Source: Veleropilina oligotropha
Lineage: Eukaryota
Length of the DNA stretch: 64,000 nucleotides
Direction of reading: 5' to 3'
NCBI GenBank assembly: GCA_048128005.1
Contig: JBEUKZ010000009.1
Coordinates: 62,001-126,000, forward strand
In this document: positions 61,407 to 64,000 of the stretch, in pieces
Layout of the letters: each line of letters begins with the position of its first letter
Numbering within the stretch: position 1 is the stretch's first letter
Program-made: the position numbers and the translations under genes
Notes under the pieces: generated by a model
What the model was told of the DNA's origin: nothing
The model's database searches: none
What the model saw: only the letters and a program-made list of their open reading frames with translations

Positions 61407-64000
61407 ATCGTGTGGGCCGCTTAATGTACGACCGCTTCATTAAGAGTAGATATTTTCTTGTGCATATTCGGCAAATATCTTCATCTCTCGATGGCAGTAA
61501 AAGTCCATTTTAATGTTTGTCTGGTTTGAATTTAGTATTATATATTTATATGATGAATTTTGTGCGGTTTTAGTGCTCATAGCTTCAAAACATCGTTTTC
61601 TGGGCAAAATGGATGGCCTATTGTCTGCATTCAATTTGGGGCTTGATTTAATCCACCAATTAAATGCATTTTTGGAGTCTCATTGGTTATCTTTTATTGA
61701 TAATTGTTATCTGTAACAATCTTTGCATTTACCACCTATCACCTCTGTATCCACTTCCTTTGGATTCATTCACCACCTCTCGCCTCCTTTAGGGCGAGGG
61801 GGGCAGCATATGGCCGCAAAGATACAATCTATTAACTCCCGGGTTCAGGACCTGGGGATTTTTCCAATGATCGCTACCTCCATTGCACAGAGCCTCACTT
61901 CATTATTCAAAGTTGATTGATCTGATTTATAACTGAAATACGGTTGGCACGGTCTTAAAAGTCAATTCATCATCATCTCACCTTTGGATTTACCAACTCT
62001 CACCTCGGTATCCACAGCCTTTGGATTTAACTCTGGATCAATGTCATTTGGATCACCATCTTTACCTCCGGATTCACCAGTTCTCATGCCTTGTGGTCTC
62101 GTAACTCTGTTGGGGCAATGGCATTAATATATTCTTTGTTTAATTATCAATCACAGTTGTCCGCAACTGACCGGAGACTGCTGGTTTCCCCTGCGATAAT
62201 ATAGACACGTCTTGGCTTGAACCTGGAGGTTGTAAATATACAGGACATTAAGCATCCATCCAGCCCACCTCAGCTACCACCTTCTATTGATTTAACACCA
62301 CTCCATGCAAAAGACACCACCACAGTAATGGGTACATTTTATTGAGCACATTAAGCATTAATATTCTGTACAATATTTCAGGGTAAATGTACAAGCAAAA
62401 TAAAGCTGCCTTAAAGAAGTTAAGTTTAAGATTTTGCCAAGTATGCTTAATTGAATCACCAAACCAAATAACTATTGTACCTCAGAACAAATGCCCTATT
62501 AATCAACATTCAATTGACGTACACGTATATGGTTACTCGAGTCATTAAGGGGATTGTGAACAAAATCTAGTTGCTCTCTCAAAGTACCGTCATCTTGTGG
62601 TTACTGAATGTAATATGGTGTAAGAAACATTATTTTCATTTACCGAAATCCGCAAATACCCATCTCAAACTCGACGTCCTCGTATTAAATTGCGCGTCAT
62701 CTGCTGGACGTCATTTCGCTTTTACCGAAGATAATCGTGTATTTCCAATATTCCTTTGAAATTCAATCATATACAATGAATGTATATGACTTAACTTTTC
62801 CTCAGCTTTTCGAATATTCATGTTATTTTGCGCTTAGAATAACCCGAAAGGTGCATTTTACATGACGTTATTCACTGCTTAGTGATTGTTCAGCATTGAA
62901 AAGCATAATTATAAAGTAAGATTTTTTAAAAATAAAATGAAAATAAAAATGTTACCCTGTGGCGTCTCGTTTGATACTACGTTTATCCTGTTCGCTATGA
63001 CAATATTAAACTCGACTCTGTCTCGTGTGACATTTTCAACGCTCGATGGATAAATGTACGTATCAAACTCGCTGCCCCAGGATAACGTTAAATATGACTT
63101 ATTTCTCACAAATCATACGAAACCTGTCTGTGACAATCAGATTAATATCTGCTACACAGATAATTAGTATGTGCATTATATAGCACGATATATCATATAC
63201 AAGAGGTACACTTCTTAAATTGAACAAAATAAAAATAATCAATTCACAAAAAGATGCAGTAAATAGTATGTTACAAGAGATGACACTAATAAAGGAGTCT
63301 CTCTCAACAAACAACAATTGAATGGAACTCAAATAACTGTAAAACAATCCCCAAAAGCACATGCAAGGTGGATAAGACTCTAACAAAAATACAGGCAACA
63401 TTAAGGATATAAAACATCACCATACAATGGATGCAAAACCTGTATTCTATTTTATATACATAACGTAATAATTATTGTATTTGTACCTTCACCTTGAAGC
63501 TTAAGTAAATAACAGTTTTGAGGACTAAAACAACAATAGTATATCAAGTACTAGTAATATAAAGAAATAATATAATACAGCATTGCCATTCATAGGTAGC
63601 CTGATACACATTTTAATGTCCATATGCTCAGAGATCAAATTTGCCAAAAATATTCAATTGCTTCGATATATATTAATTAACAATATTGAATATTTCGATC
63701 AATTTTCACAATGATGTTTCAATGTAATTTCAATAATACTAGATACAAATATTCTGACATTTACTTTCGACCTGTTCAATCTATAAACATACTTAAGTTT
63801 GGCAACTTCCAAAATAAATGTCATCACATGAGAGTTTATAAAACAGGTATAATATTGATCTGTTTACAATCTGAATCTTGTCTGACATTTGGGCTACCTG
63901 TTTAATCACTGAAATCCAGAAGCAACCCATATTAAAAAAAACAAGCAAGAAAGCACCAAAATCATTCACCTGTCCAGGTGGCACAATTATAATGTACAAA

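Noticed and set aside
62330..64000. Possible 3' UTR of a convergent minus-strand gene (AATAAA near 62338-62343)
   Set aside because: No coding exon in the window to support it; AT-rich sequence gives such signals by chance.

Overview
AT-rich eukaryotic genomic DNA, probably from an invertebrate (lophotrochozoan-like repeat content; taxon is inference). Two intron-containing host genes sit head-to-head. A PPP1R14/CPI-17-family PP1 inhibitor is on the minus strand, with only exon 1 visible (17483-17731). A 7-exon LRP11-like type I membrane protein is on the plus strand (18289-49834; MANEC + LDLa + long low-complexity stalk + TM + DYLINGMYL tail, about 896 aa). Four DIRS1-type tyrosine-recombinase retrotransposons from two families lie downstream of these first exons, all sense to the host gene. 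Two are full length with ITRs and ICR (22063-29466 and 39743-47211); the other two form a nested pair (1-6580 inserted in 6581-11823). Also present: hAT derivatives, Penelope fragments, an L2/CR1-group LINE, tRNA-derived SINEs, Helentron/HINE-like satellite carriers, MITEs and minisatellites. The most interesting signals come from comparing the DIRS copies: (1) a conserved CCC-TAG-GG site where the recombinase ORF is in frame with gag and an ATG-less pol is in the +1 frame; (2) a covarying ~300-nt non-coding structure between the recombinase gene and the ICR; (3) a structured leader carrying a conserved branch point/acceptor, with a conserved donor at the far 3' end; and, separately, (4) G3-C8 variant minimal hammerhead motifs in the Penelope repeats. 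All alignments and folds were done by eye and need computational confirmation.
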